Position numbers and translations under genes: made by a program. Positions 1-8,227 of a DNA stretch of 32,000 bases are shown here, in pieces. This DNA is from an uncultured bacterium (GTDB taxonomy: Bacteria; Patescibacteriota; Gracilibacteria; UBA1369; PNNO01): positions 1,050,001 through 1,082,000 of the forward strand of contig OY969931.1 of assembly GCA_963704705.1 (NCBI GenBank). Direction: 5' to 3'. Each line of letters opens with the position of its first letter. Position 1 is the stretch's first letter. Under the pieces are notes generated by a model, which saw nothing but the letters and a program-made list of their open reading frames with translations, was not told the origin of the DNA and made no database searches.

Positions 1-1614
1 AATGTATCCATCAATCGCCAAATCAACGAAATTAGATCCAAATTCGCCTTCGGCTATATAACTTTCAGCACCAGAATAACCTTCTCGTTTCTTGTTATAT
101 CTCCAAATTTGCTTTTCAGCACTATCAAGCAGATACATTCTTCCGTTATAGGAAGCAACTGCTACAGAACTATGGAATTGGCCGTCTTCTGTATCCATAA
201 ACTGAAATTGACCGTTTGAATAAGTAATAACTCTGCCTGATTTTGTTAAGAAAATAAGAGAATCATTATCATCATCCCAAGTACCATCAATAACTGCCTC
301 GTTATCATCAATAGTTAAAGGGTCTTCAATTTTATCGAGCAAAATTTCATATAATGCATTGTATTCATAAGCAAAAATACTGCCTGAATATGGAATTAAA
401 CCTAGTGCGCTAACATTATCGCGTTTAGTTGTTAAATCAGCTACAACTTTTGGATCAGTTACATAAGTTATATTATCAAGTTTGGTTTTTTCTTCCTGAA
501 TCAATCCTAAAAGCTCGCTTGCTTTACTTCTGTGGTATCCGGAATTTAATACATCAACAGCTTTTGATTCCGCATCTGTTAAAATATCGGAAGCTGCATC
601 TTTATTGCTTATTCCGCGAAGTGAAGCAGTGTTTATTTCTTCTTCCACTTGTGTCAAAACTTCATCAAGACGATCAATTTCACGTTGATTTGCAGTATTA
701 TTTTTTACAAACCAAATAACAGCTGTAAGTAAAATAATCACCACGATCAAAAGTGCCAAAATTTTATCTTTTGTCATCTGTCTGCTCGTCATTCCTTTTA
801 AAAGCGTATTCAAATAACGCATTGATTTGTCACTGATACCCTTAACAGCACCATGAACTCTGTTAGGTTTTGATTTAATTCTTTTTGCCAATGATGGTTT
901 TTCATCTTCAAGATATTCACGTACACCTTTTTTTTCATTGTCTGATAATTCACTTAATCCTTCATGAAATACCATTCCGATTAATCCAATTTTACTTAAT
1001 ATTTCAGGAGTAAGTGCATCTTTCAAATCACTTAAAGATTCAACCAAATCCTGAGGATTTAATGTATTTATAAAGTCAGACTTTGAAATATATCTCAATA
1101 AACGAGTTGTTGCCAAAACAACAAAATCGCCCGGTTCCAATGAACCGCTCGCAATATTACTGAATGTTTCTTCTGATTTTGAATTCGGATCTGATAGTCC
1201 TTCTGAAATAACAGAGCAATATCTTTTACGAACCAAATAAGCTTCTGCATCGCCTGTTTGAGACAAATGTAGTTCGTCACCAACAACAATGCCAATTATT
1301 ACATGAAGATTCCCAATAAATTTTGAGACAGTTTCTTCTTTAAATGCATTAATTTGAGAATTGACTTCTTTAAGCGCATCCTCAAACCTTTCGTAAGGGT
1401 CTTTTTCCAAATCCGAGAAAAATATCTTACGTGCCGAATCAAAAATTGTTTCAGCAATTACTTCTGCATCAGCAGGATTATTTTGAATTTCAACAGTAAC
1501 AAATAGTTGGCCGGCTGCTTCTTCGCCTTCTCCTAAATCGTAAGCATAGTTCTCGAGAAAGCTGCCTTCCTCCTTACCAACAAATAGAAATTCAAATTGA
1601 TTTCTGAGTTTCAT
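1..1614 (-). CDS. Partial CDS (3' end lies beyond the left edge). Membrane protein with an N-terminal PP2C/SpoIIE-like (PPM-fold) domain, one TM helix and a repeat-rich, beta-propeller-like C-terminal ectodomain.
   Basis: Missing from the ORF track because it has no stop inside the window. I read every complement triplet in the frame starting at 1,4,7...; all 538 codons are sense. The upstream in-frame stop is at 1633-1635 and the first ATG at 1612-1614. Translation begins MKLRNQFEFLFVGKEEGSF. 'HLSQTGDAEAYLVRK' and 'LEPGDFVVLATTRLLRYIS' resemble PPM phosphatase motifs. The TM helix is 'ILALLIVVIILLTAVIWFV'. Track ORFs 429-719(+) and 1095-1295(-) inside it are out-of-frame artefacts. Confidence 0.7.
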   Translation of the reverse strand, partial: MKLRNQFEFLFVGKEEGSFLENYAYDLGEGEEAAGQLFVTVEIQNNPADAEVIAETIFDSARKIFFSDLEKDPYERFEDALKEVNSQINAFKEETVSKFIGNLHVIIGIVVGDELHLSQTGDAEAYLVRKRYCSVISEGLSDPNSKSEETFSNIASGSLEPGDFVVLATTRLLRYISKSDFINTLNPQDLVESLSDLKDALTPEILSKIGLIGMVFHEGLSELSDNEKKGVREYLEDEKPSLAKRIKSKPNRVHGAVKGISDKSMRYLNTLLKGMTSRQMTKDKILALLIVVIILLTAVIWFVKNNTANQREIDRLDEVLTQVEEEINTASLRGISNKDAASDILTDAESKAVDVLNSGYHRSKASELLGLIQEEKTKLDNITYVTDPKVVADLTTKRDNVSALGLIPYSGSIFAYEYNALYEILLDKIEDPLTIDDNEAVIDGTWDDDNDSLIFLTKSGRVITYSNGQFQFMDTEDGQFHSSVAVASYNGRMYLLDSAEKQIWRYNKKREGYSGAESYIAEGEFGSNFVDLAIDGYI

Positions 1615-1843
1615 TTTAAAATGATTAGACGTCTATCTAAATGTTCTTGTCAAATTTACCGCAAATTACTCTTAAGTTCAAGAAAATGTTTTTATTTTGG
1701 TACTTTTCATAAATAGATTATTCAGTAGCATGTATTGTTCTTAAAATTTTACTTATACATTCCTTTAAATGATCTCTTCTATTATAACAACTATTAATTT
1801 CTCTTTTATAAAAATCTCGTTCTTGTTTAACTGACTTGCTTTC

Positions 1844-2389
1844 TTATAAAATTTTACGTTTCTTCTTTTCTAAATCATTTGATTTTCTATGAATTTTATC
1901 TTCCATTGAATGTAATTCACTTTTAGCATTAAATATTGAAACAATTCCGAGAATCATAGGGATTGCAGCTATAACAAATGCTAATATTACAGCTCTTCTG
2001 GATTTTTTTTCTTCTTTTATTGTACGATTGAATACATCAATGGCTGCATATCTGTAACATTCAGCCATCATTTCAGGAACAAATTCGGATTCACTGCTTA
2101 TATTTTTCAGTTGTTCTATTGCCTGTATTACGTTAGGGTCCTTTTTTATTTTTTCCAATAGACCTTTACTTTTCAAAACACTAATCAGCTCATTTATTGA
2201 AGTTATTGTCTGGCCTCTTAATTCTCCTAATATTGTCATTAAGTTTGTTGCAGCCATTATTGTTTGTTCATCTAAATAATTAACAGAAAGGACATCTAAA
2301 AACATATCTTGCTGATCAGAATCGCCTGGAAAAATATATTTTTTATCCATTCTTTCTCTTGCAGGAATAATTTTGGGTTTTTCTGACAT
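1844..2389 (-). CDS. Hypothetical protein with a C-terminal TM helix (tail-anchored topology)
   Basis: 181-aa ORF with an ATG start. The hydrophobic segment 'AVILAFVIAAIPMILGIVSIF' lies near the C-terminus and is followed by a Lys-rich tail. I recognise no family motif. Confidence 0.55.
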   Translation of the reverse strand: MSEKPKIIPARERMDKKYIFPGDSDQQDMFLDVLSVNYLDEQTIMAATNLMTILGELRGQTITSINELISVLKSKGLLEKIKKDPNVIQAIEQLKNISSESEFVPEMMAECYRYAAIDVFNRTIKEEKKSRRAVILAFVIAAIPMILGIVSIFNAKSELHSMEDKIHRKSNDLEKKKRKIL

Positions 2390-2455
2390 AGTAATAAATA
2401 AGGGATTGTATTATAAATACCCTCAGCCTTTTGTCAACTGTTTTTAATTAATTAA

Positions 2456-2485
2456 TTGACTTTCATATGCTTTTTCAAGTATCAT
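2456..2485 (+). promoter_or_regulatory. Candidate sigma70-type promoter for the rpmH-rnpA-yidC-jag cluster
   Basis: TTGACT (2456-2461), an 18-nt spacer, then TATCAT (2480-2485), 26 nt upstream of the rpmH ATG. Confidence 0.35.
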
Positions 2486-2511
2486 CATCGGGCTAAATTA
2501 AGTATTGAACA

Positions 2512-2655
2512 ATGCTAGCAAAACTTAAAAAGAAAAAAAGGGTTAGAAAACATGGGTTTCTAACAAGAATGAGCACTAAAGATGGTCGCAAGGTGCTTAA
2601 TGCCCGAAGAAGAAAAGGCAGAAAACAGCTTACTGTTGTAAAGAAGCTGAAATAA
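2512..2655 (+). CDS. rpmH: 50S ribosomal protein L34
   Basis: 47-aa ORF, below the ORF-track size cut-off: [47 protein letters not shown]. It has the L34 signature (HGF..RM.T..GR.VL..RR.KGRK.LTV) and sits in the conserved position directly upstream of rnpA. Confidence 0.9.
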   Translation: MLAKLKKKKRVRKHGFLTRMSTKDGRKVLNARRRKGRKQLTVVKKLK

Positions 2656-2663
2656 TTTTAAAT

Positions 2664-3017
2664 ATGATCGCTCGTAAATATCGCCTATCCAGGTGGAAGG
2701 TTAAAAAGCTTTTAAGCCAGCCTGAGAGCAATAAGATCGGGTATTTTATTGTTAAAAAATTTCCAAATAAATTCAAATATAACAGATGGGCGCTTACTTT
2801 GAGCAGGAAATTTGCCAAAAGAGCTGTTGATAGAGTCAGAAAAAGACGCCAGATTTATGAATCGATAAGAAATATTCAAAAAGAACAGTCTTTTAATGAT
2901 GAAAAAACACACTACGATATTGCGTTAATACCATTAAAGCAAATTCTTACTTGCAATTATGACAAAATTCTTCAGAATGTTAACGATATATTCACATATT
3001 TAAATAACTTAAAATAA
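2664..3017 (+). CDS. rnpA: Ribonuclease P protein component
   Basis: 117 aa, basic. The 'KRAVDRVRKRRQIYE' segment matches the RnpA RNR-type motif (RAV.RNR.KR). Conserved rpmH-rnpA-yidC synteny. Its stop overlaps the yidC start (TAATG at 3015-3019). Confidence 0.85.
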   Translation: MIARKYRLSRWKVKKLLSQPESNKIGYFIVKKFPNKFKYNRWALTLSRKFAKRAVDRVRKRRQIYESIRNIQKEQSFNDEKTHYDIALIPLKQILTCNYDKILQNVNDIFTYLNNLK

Positions 3018-4282
3018 TGAAACGACAATTCTTATTATTCGGGATCTTTTTTATTGCATTACTATTTATTTTCAGAGGTTGCAGCGGTAATACCAGCCTT
3101 GATGCGAGCCTTGCAAATAATAATCTTGGTATAGCGGTTTTGAATTCAGAGTATAAAATGGATGATCTTGTAACTGTTCAGCTTAAAAATAATACAAATC
3201 AGCCAATTGAGATTCACAATGACTGCCCTGGCGAACCATTGGATGTATTTAAATATCTAAATGGGGAATGGACTCAATTGGAAGTAAGCCCAAAAGTGGA
3301 TTGTGTATCAACAGATCCTTATGTTATTCAACCGGATGGAGAATTGAAACTTGATTATCAATCATATAACCATGCTTTATTTGGCGATATAGGAAGATAT
3401 AAAATTAGTGTAACTACTGAAATTGGCGGAGAAATGCAAACTTTTGAATCAAATGAATTTACTGTTAAAGAAAAGGGCGCATGGGGATATTTATGGGGAA
3501 CATTCTTTTATCAACCAATTTATAATTCACTTATATATATAATAAGTGTTGTGCCTGGTTACAATCTTGGTTTGGCAATTATTTTGCTTACTGTACTTCT
3601 ACGTTTGATACTTTTTATTCCTTCGCAAAGAGGACTTGAATCACAGAGAAAATTACAGGAATTACAGCCGAGAATTAAAAACCTTCAGGAAAAACACAAA
3701 GATGATCAGCAAAAAATCGCTCAAGAAACTTTTGCATTATATAAAGAGTATAAAGTTAATCCTTTTGGAAGCTGTTTGCCTTTATTAATACAGCTGCCAA
3801 TTTTGATTGCTTTGTTCTATGTAATTAAAACCGGATTAAACCCGGATAATATTCATTTATTATATGCTCCTTTGCAGGGATTTGATCTGTCGCTTATCAA
3901 TACCAATTTCTTGGGATTGCTCGATTTAAAGCAAAGAGAAATATTTGTGTTGCCTTTAATTGTTGCTGCTCTTCAGTTCTTTCAAATGAAATTATCATTA
4001 GCTAAGAATAAGAAAAAGACACCTGACACACAGGAAAAATCTAAGAAATTAGACAAGAAATCACCGCAGGCAGGAAAAGAAATGCAAATGGCATCTGAAA
4101 TGATGGTTTATGTACTACCTATTATGATTGCTTTATTCACTGCATCTGTACCTTCGGGTGTAGGTATATATTGGGGAACCTCAACAACGTTTGGAATAGC
4201 GCAACAGCTTTATGTAAATAAAAAAATAGGCAGTAAAAAAAGGAAAAAAGAAGCTGAGGTAAGAGTGATAGAAAAAAGTTAA
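3017..4282 (+). CDS. yidC: Membrane protein insertase YidC/Oxa1 family, with a lipobox-type N-terminus and an extra N-terminal ectodomain
   Basis: The core 'LGLAIILLTVLLRLILFIPSQRGLESQRKLQELQPRIKNLQEKHKDDQQKIAQETFALYKEYKVNPFGSCLPLLIQLPILIALFYVI' is the typical YidC TM2/coiled-coil/TM3 region. The N-terminus 'FFIALLFIFRGCSG' looks like a lipoprotein signal. The C-terminal tail is basic. Confidence 0.92.
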   Translation: MKRQFLLFGIFFIALLFIFRGCSGNTSLDASLANNNLGIAVLNSEYKMDDLVTVQLKNNTNQPIEIHNDCPGEPLDVFKYLNGEWTQLEVSPKVDCVSTDPYVIQPDGELKLDYQSYNHALFGDIGRYKISVTTEIGGEMQTFESNEFTVKEKGAWGYLWGTFFYQPIYNSLIYIISVVPGYNLGLAIILLTVLLRLILFIPSQRGLESQRKLQELQPRIKNLQEKHKDDQQKIAQETFALYKEYKVNPFGSCLPLLIQLPILIALFYVIKTGLNPDNIHLLYAPLQGFDLSLINTNFLGLLDLKQREIFVLPLIVAALQFFQMKLSLAKNKKKTPDTQEKSKKLDKKSPQAGKEMQMASEMMVYVLPIMIALFTASVPSGVGIYWGTSTTFGIAQQLYVNKKIGSKKRKKEAEVRVIEKS

Positions 4283-4342
4283 ATTATAAGCTATAATCCT
4301 TTTGATAAGTAAACATATTATTATCATTAATATATATAAAAA

Positions 4343-4813
4343 ATGGATATCGAATCAGTACTTAAAGAAACTCTGGAAGATCTTTTAATAAAACTCGAAT
4401 CACCGTTTGAAAATGTTAATATCGAGAAAGAAAAACAAAACGACGCAGACCTGTACAGAATAAATATCGAAACAGAAGATCCTAGCATGTTAATAGGTTT
4501 CCACGGAGAAACTATTCATGCATTACAACATTTATTAAAAGTGTTGGCTTGGGAAAAAACCAAAGCCGAATACAATATTTTGGTTGATGTTGATAGTTAC
4601 AGACAAAGACAGGAAGAAAATGTATTAACTTTGGCGAAAAGAAAGGTTGAAATGGCGCGAAAAACCCGTAAAACACAGGTATTGCCGCCAATGTCAGCTT
4701 ACTTCAGAAGAGTTGTGCATTTATTTTTGAATACGGACGAATTTAAAGATATTACAACTGAAAGTATTGGTGAATCAGATCACCGGCAGGTGACAATTAT
4801 CTATAAAGGTTGA
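4343..4813 (+). CDS. jag: Jag/KhpB-like RNA-binding protein (KH + R3H domains)
   Basis: 156 aa. The KH-like segment is 'LIGFHGETIHALQHLLKVL' and the R3H-like segment is 'LPPMSAYFRRVVHLFL'. It occupies the conserved position after yidC and ends in TGA. Confidence 0.8.
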   Translation: MDIESVLKETLEDLLIKLESPFENVNIEKEKQNDADLYRINIETEDPSMLIGFHGETIHALQHLLKVLAWEKTKAEYNILVDVDSYRQRQEENVLTLAKRKVEMARKTRKTQVLPPMSAYFRRVVHLFLNTDEFKDITTESIGESDHRQVTIIYKG

Positions 4814-4817
4814 TCCA

Positions 4818-5813
4818 ATGAAATCCAAACTTTTATCAATTTTCGTTGGTCTGATGGTATTATTTGTTCCGATAACAGATGTTTTTGCACAGGAAGAACC
4901 AGCAACTGATGCAGAACCTGTTGTGACTGCTGTTTTTACTGATGTTGATTTGGGGCATCCGGAATATGTGGCATTGAAATACCTAAAAGAGCAGGGGATA
5001 ATTAGCGGATATGCTGATGGAAGCTTTAAACCGGACAATTATGTTAATCGTGTTGAAGCATTAAAAATGATACTTGAAGCAAATAAATTAATAAATCAGG
5101 CATATATTACAGCAAACAGTTTGGGTGGTGAAGATTTCAAAACAAATATTGATATTGTTCAATTTAATGACATCTTTAAGGCGCAATGGTATTTTCCATA
5201 CTTAAAAAAAGCAGTTGAAATGGGAATTGTAAGGGGTTATGAAGATGGCTCTTTTAAACCGACAAAAATAGTTAACCGTGCTGAAAGTTTTAAAATAATT
5301 ATGGAAAGTGATGGAATTGATTTCGGTGAAGTACTTGAAAATCCATTTGCGGATGTTTCTATGAATGATTGGTTCGCAAAATACTTTAATGAAGCAAAAA
5401 TAAGACAAATTGTTTATTATACAATGAGTAATACAGTTAATCCCGGACGTGAATTAACACGTTCAAAATTTGCTGAGCTGGTTTACAGATATTTAAAAAG
5501 CAAAGAAGGTTCAATGTTTGGAAAAGGTTCATATTATTCAGATTCTTTGGCAGGTAACGGCACTTCTTCCGGTGAACCTTATACGCCTTCCGAGCTTACA
5601 GCAGCGCATAGAACACTACCATTCGGAACAATCGTTAAAGTTACAAATCTGGAAAACGGTAATAGTGTAAATGTTAAAATTAATGATCGCGGACCTTATA
5701 TTACCGGCCGTGTTATTGATCTTTCGCGTGCAGCATTTGAAACAATCGCTTACCCTGGCGAAGGCGTTATTTATGTACAATATGAAATAATCGATCCAGT
5801 TCAAAATGGTTGA
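4818..5813 (+). CDS. Secreted cell-wall protein: signal peptide, three SLH repeats and a C-terminal RlpA-like double-psi beta-barrel (DPBB) domain
   Basis: Signal peptide 'MKSKLLSIFVGLMVLFVPITDVFA'. SLH repeats include 'FTDVDLGHPEYVALKYLKEQGIISGYADGSFKPDNYVNRVEALKMI', 'FNDIFKAQWYFPYLKKAVEMGIVRGYEDGSFKPTKIVNRAESFKII' and 'FADVSMNDWFAKYF...'. The RlpA/DPBB signature is 'GEPYTPSELTAAHRTLPFGTIVKVTNLENGNSVNVKINDRGPYITGRVIDLSRAAF'. Confidence 0.87.
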   Translation: MKSKLLSIFVGLMVLFVPITDVFAQEEPATDAEPVVTAVFTDVDLGHPEYVALKYLKEQGIISGYADGSFKPDNYVNRVEALKMILEANKLINQAYITANSLGGEDFKTNIDIVQFNDIFKAQWYFPYLKKAVEMGIVRGYEDGSFKPTKIVNRAESFKIIMESDGIDFGEVLENPFADVSMNDWFAKYFNEAKIRQIVYYTMSNTVNPGRELTRSKFAELVYRYLKSKEGSMFGKGSYYSDSLAGNGTSSGEPYTPSELTAAHRTLPFGTIVKVTNLENGNSVNVKINDRGPYITGRVIDLSRAAFETIAYPGEGVIYVQYEIIDPVQNG

Positions 5814-6141
5814 AGATATTATAAGAAAAAAATACGGTTCAACAGTAATAAGAAAGCGTACTCCCCTTTCACAGGAAGTACGTAAAGCTATTGTTACGCT
5901 TTTATTCGTGCTTATTTTAATCACAGTGGCCCTAAGTATAGTTTTTCTTTTAAACACTTCCAATTCAGCTCAAAAAGGATATATACACTCTCAATTAATC
6001 CTTAAAAATGAAGAGCTGGATAACCTCAATAAAGAGCTAAAAATGAAAGTTATGGAAGCCAAATCAATTGTTAATCTTGAACAAAGCGATAAAGTTGATG
6101 AAATGACTGAACCGGAAAGCAAACCAATGTTAATAGAATAA
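5806..6141 (+). CDS. Small bitopic membrane protein, FtsL/DivIC-like topology (putative)
   Basis: 111 aa: a basic N-terminus, one TM helix ('AIVTLLFVLILITVALSIVFLL'), then a coiled-coil-like segment ('LILKNEELDNLNKELKMKVMEAK'). Its start overlaps the upstream stop by 8 nt (ATGGTTGA). The functional call rests on topology only. Confidence 0.5.
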   Translation: MVEDIIRKKYGSTVIRKRTPLSQEVRKAIVTLLFVLILITVALSIVFLLNTSNSAQKGYIHSQLILKNEELDNLNKELKMKVMEAKSIVNLEQSDKVDEMTEPESKPMLIE

Positions 6142-6148
6142 AATCTCT

Positions 6149-6176
6149 TTGACTTTCAGATTTGATTATATATACT
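6149..6176 (+). promoter_or_regulatory. Candidate sigma70-type promoter for tRNA-Glu
   Basis: TTGACT (6149-6154), a 16-nt spacer, then TATACT (6171-6176). The -10 box ends 24 nt upstream of the mature tRNA 5' end. Confidence 0.4.
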
Positions 6177-6199
6177 TGTTTTTGCAATTTAAAAATTCA

Positions 6200-6274
6200 G
6201 GTCCCATCGTCTAGTGGTTAGGACATCAGGTTTTCATCCTGGAAACAGGGGTTCAATTCCCCTTGGGACTGCCA
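6200..6274 (+). tRNA. tRNA-Glu (anticodon UUC), with the 3' CCA encoded
   Basis: I folded the cloverleaf by hand. The acceptor stem pairs GGTCCCA with TGGGACT. The D-arm is GTCT/AGTGGTTA/GGAC. The anticodon stem is TCAGG/CCTGG with loop TTTTCAT (UUC). The T-arm is AGGGG/TTCAATT/CCCCT. The discriminator is G, followed by CCA. The sequence is close to the canonical bacterial tRNA-Glu. Confidence 0.93.
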
Positions 6275-6276
6275 AC

Positions 6277-6570
6277 TTATTTATCATCACCTTCTATTCC
6301 TTCTTCTTCTGCTTCAACAACTTTGTTTACTTTTCGCGTTGCTGCCTCTAGCATTGCTTTTTTTATACCTTTTTCATTACTCCCAAGTGAAGTTGATTGA
6401 GGTGTAAATCTAGATTCTTTTGCTTCTGATTTATCATCTTCAGCTTCAAGAATTTCAGCAGGCTCAGCAGCCTCCTCACTGCCTTCAGGGTTTTCATTTT
6501 GGCCCTCACGTGATCTTTTAAAAAGTTCATGTAAATCTTCAACAGTTCGATGTTTAGGTGTTTCAGACAT
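6277..6570 (-). CDS. Hypothetical acidic protein
   Basis: 97-aa ORF, Glu/Asp-rich with no TM helix. It is convergent on the tRNA, with its stop 2 nt from the tRNA 3' end. No motif recognised. Confidence 0.5.
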   Translation of the reverse strand: MSETPKHRTVEDLHELFKRSREGQNENPEGSEEAAEPAEILEAEDDKSEAKESRFTPQSTSLGSNEKGIKKAMLEAATRKVNKVVEAEEEGIEGDDK

Positions 6571-6642
6571 GATTTAATAATTAAAGATAAGGCATAACTT
6601 TAATTAAATTTACGATTTATGTCAAATTGATATGAAAAATAT

Positions 6643-7545
6643 TTATTTTGTCTTTTTATAAATAAGAAAATTAAAAGGACCAAGCAGAGTGCTAAATGGA
6701 ACTTCTGTTAAAACAGCCATTAAAATTATGGCTGGAGGAAGAAATTCATGAGCCAATACAATAATTAATGCTGAATTAATATAAGTTTTTGAGATTGATA
6801 GCGAAATTCTTTCCTTTTTATCTTTCCAAAAAGGTAAAAAGTAACCGATTGCCTGCATTAAAATAAATAAAGCATATACCCATGCCAAATATTTTAATGA
6901 AAGTATCGGATTTTCTAAAATTAATTCTGATTGTTGACCAACAACAATGTAAATCATTATTGCTATTAATATAATTGTTGCTGCTTTATAATATTTTTTT
7001 GTTTTTTCAATTAAATTACCTGCAAATTGTTTTGTTATTGATGAAAGAATAAAAGGAATAAAAATAAATGCTATCAAAGTTTTAAACATTTCGAACAAAT
7101 CCAATTCAACTCTGAATGAAGTAAACATCCAAAAAAGAGAAACCAGAGTAAACGGAACCAAAAAATGCGTTAAAACAGTAAAAATTAATGTCAAAGCGCT
7201 ATTTCCCTTAACAATTTTAGTTAATGCAGGCGCAGCAACGCCTGTTGGAGCAGCTGCAATAAACATTAATCCCGCAGCAAGTGTTTTATCGTGAAATCCA
7301 ACAATCAAATAAATTAATACCGGAATTATTAATAAATAAAGTGCTAAAAATCCAATAATTGTTACCGGATGCTTAAAATGGCTTAAAGCATGTTTTGTTT
7401 TTATACTTAAAAAAGAAAAATAAAGTACCAAAATCAAACACGGAACAACCAAAAGCTGTAAAAAATGGCTGGCGCTAGGTAAAAACAATCCTAATACAAA
7501 AGCTACAACAAATAGTAATCCAAAGAATCTCTCAATGTTTTTCAT
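6643..7545 (-). CDS. Bile acid:sodium symporter (BASS/SBF)-family transporter
   Basis: 300 aa and polytopic (about 9-10 TM helices). The segment 'GLMFIAAAPTGVAAPALTKIVKGNSALTLIFTVLTHFLVPFTLVSLF' matches the pattern of the SBF family core. Confidence 0.72.
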   Translation of the reverse strand: MKNIERFFGLLFVVAFVLGLFLPSASHFLQLLVVPCLILVLYFSFLSIKTKHALSHFKHPVTIIGFLALYLLIIPVLIYLIVGFHDKTLAAGLMFIAAAPTGVAAPALTKIVKGNSALTLIFTVLTHFLVPFTLVSLFWMFTSFRVELDLFEMFKTLIAFIFIPFILSSITKQFAGNLIEKTKKYYKAATIILIAIMIYIVVGQQSELILENPILSLKYLAWVYALFILMQAIGYFLPFWKDKKERISLSISKTYINSALIIVLAHEFLPPAIILMAVLTEVPFSTLLGPFNFLIYKKTK

Positions 7546-7591
7546 AATAATTATGCTTTTGATATAATATTTTTATCTAACCTACTCTACT

Positions 7592-8038
7592 ATGAAAATT
7601 TTTCTTGTACAACACGGAAATCAAAATCCTGAAGAAGTTGATCCAAAAGAAGGTTTATCTGACAAAGGTGTATCTGACTGCGAACAAGTTGCTCAATTTG
7701 CTGCAAAATCAGACGTTAAAGTCAGCAAAATCTATCACAGTGTAAAATTGCGGGCAAAACAAACAGCTGAAATCTTCTCAAAACATTTAGGTGGCAAACT
7801 TAGCGAAATAGAAGGCCTAAAACCAATGGATGAGGTTGAATCATGGGCAGAAAAACTCGAAGACGGATTGATGCTGGTAGGCCATCTCCCATTTATGCAA
7901 AAGTTTTCAGCACTGCTTTTATGCGGAAATACTGGAAAAAAGTGCATAAATTTTCATCAGGCCGGAATTGTATGTCTGGTTCAAAATGAAGAAGGAGGCT
8001 GGAGTGTGGATTTTATGATCACTCCGGAAATATTATAA
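7592..8038 (+). CDS. sixA: SixA-type phosphohistidine phosphatase (histidine phosphatase superfamily)
   Basis: 148 aa. The N-terminus 'MKIFLVQHGN' corresponds to the RHG motif position but reads QHG here. 'LMLVGHLPFMQKFSALL' matches the second catalytic His region of SixA. The length is typical of SixA. Confidence 0.72.
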   Translation: MKIFLVQHGNQNPEEVDPKEGLSDKGVSDCEQVAQFAAKSDVKVSKIYHSVKLRAKQTAEIFSKHLGGKLSEIEGLKPMDEVESWAEKLEDGLMLVGHLPFMQKFSALLLCGNTGKKCINFHQAGIVCLVQNEEGGWSVDFMITPEIL

Positions 8039-8227
8039 ATTTAAACTACAGCCAGTTAAAAACATTTATTCATTCTTGAAATAATGGAAAGTAATACACA
8101 CAGATAAATATATTAACGCGCTTTGATTTAAAAATTGCATTAAATAACTTTTGCTCTTGTTGGATATAAAAAGTTTTTCTTTTTAATTGTGAATCGAGGT
8201 TAAATAACACCCGATTTATATCACGAT

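Noticed and set aside
1615-2511. Replication origin next to rpmH, where dnaA-rpmH synteny usually places oriC
   Set aside because: The divergent neighbour is a hypothetical membrane protein, not dnaA. I found no DnaA-box-like 9-mers in either intergenic segment (1615-1843 or 2390-2511).
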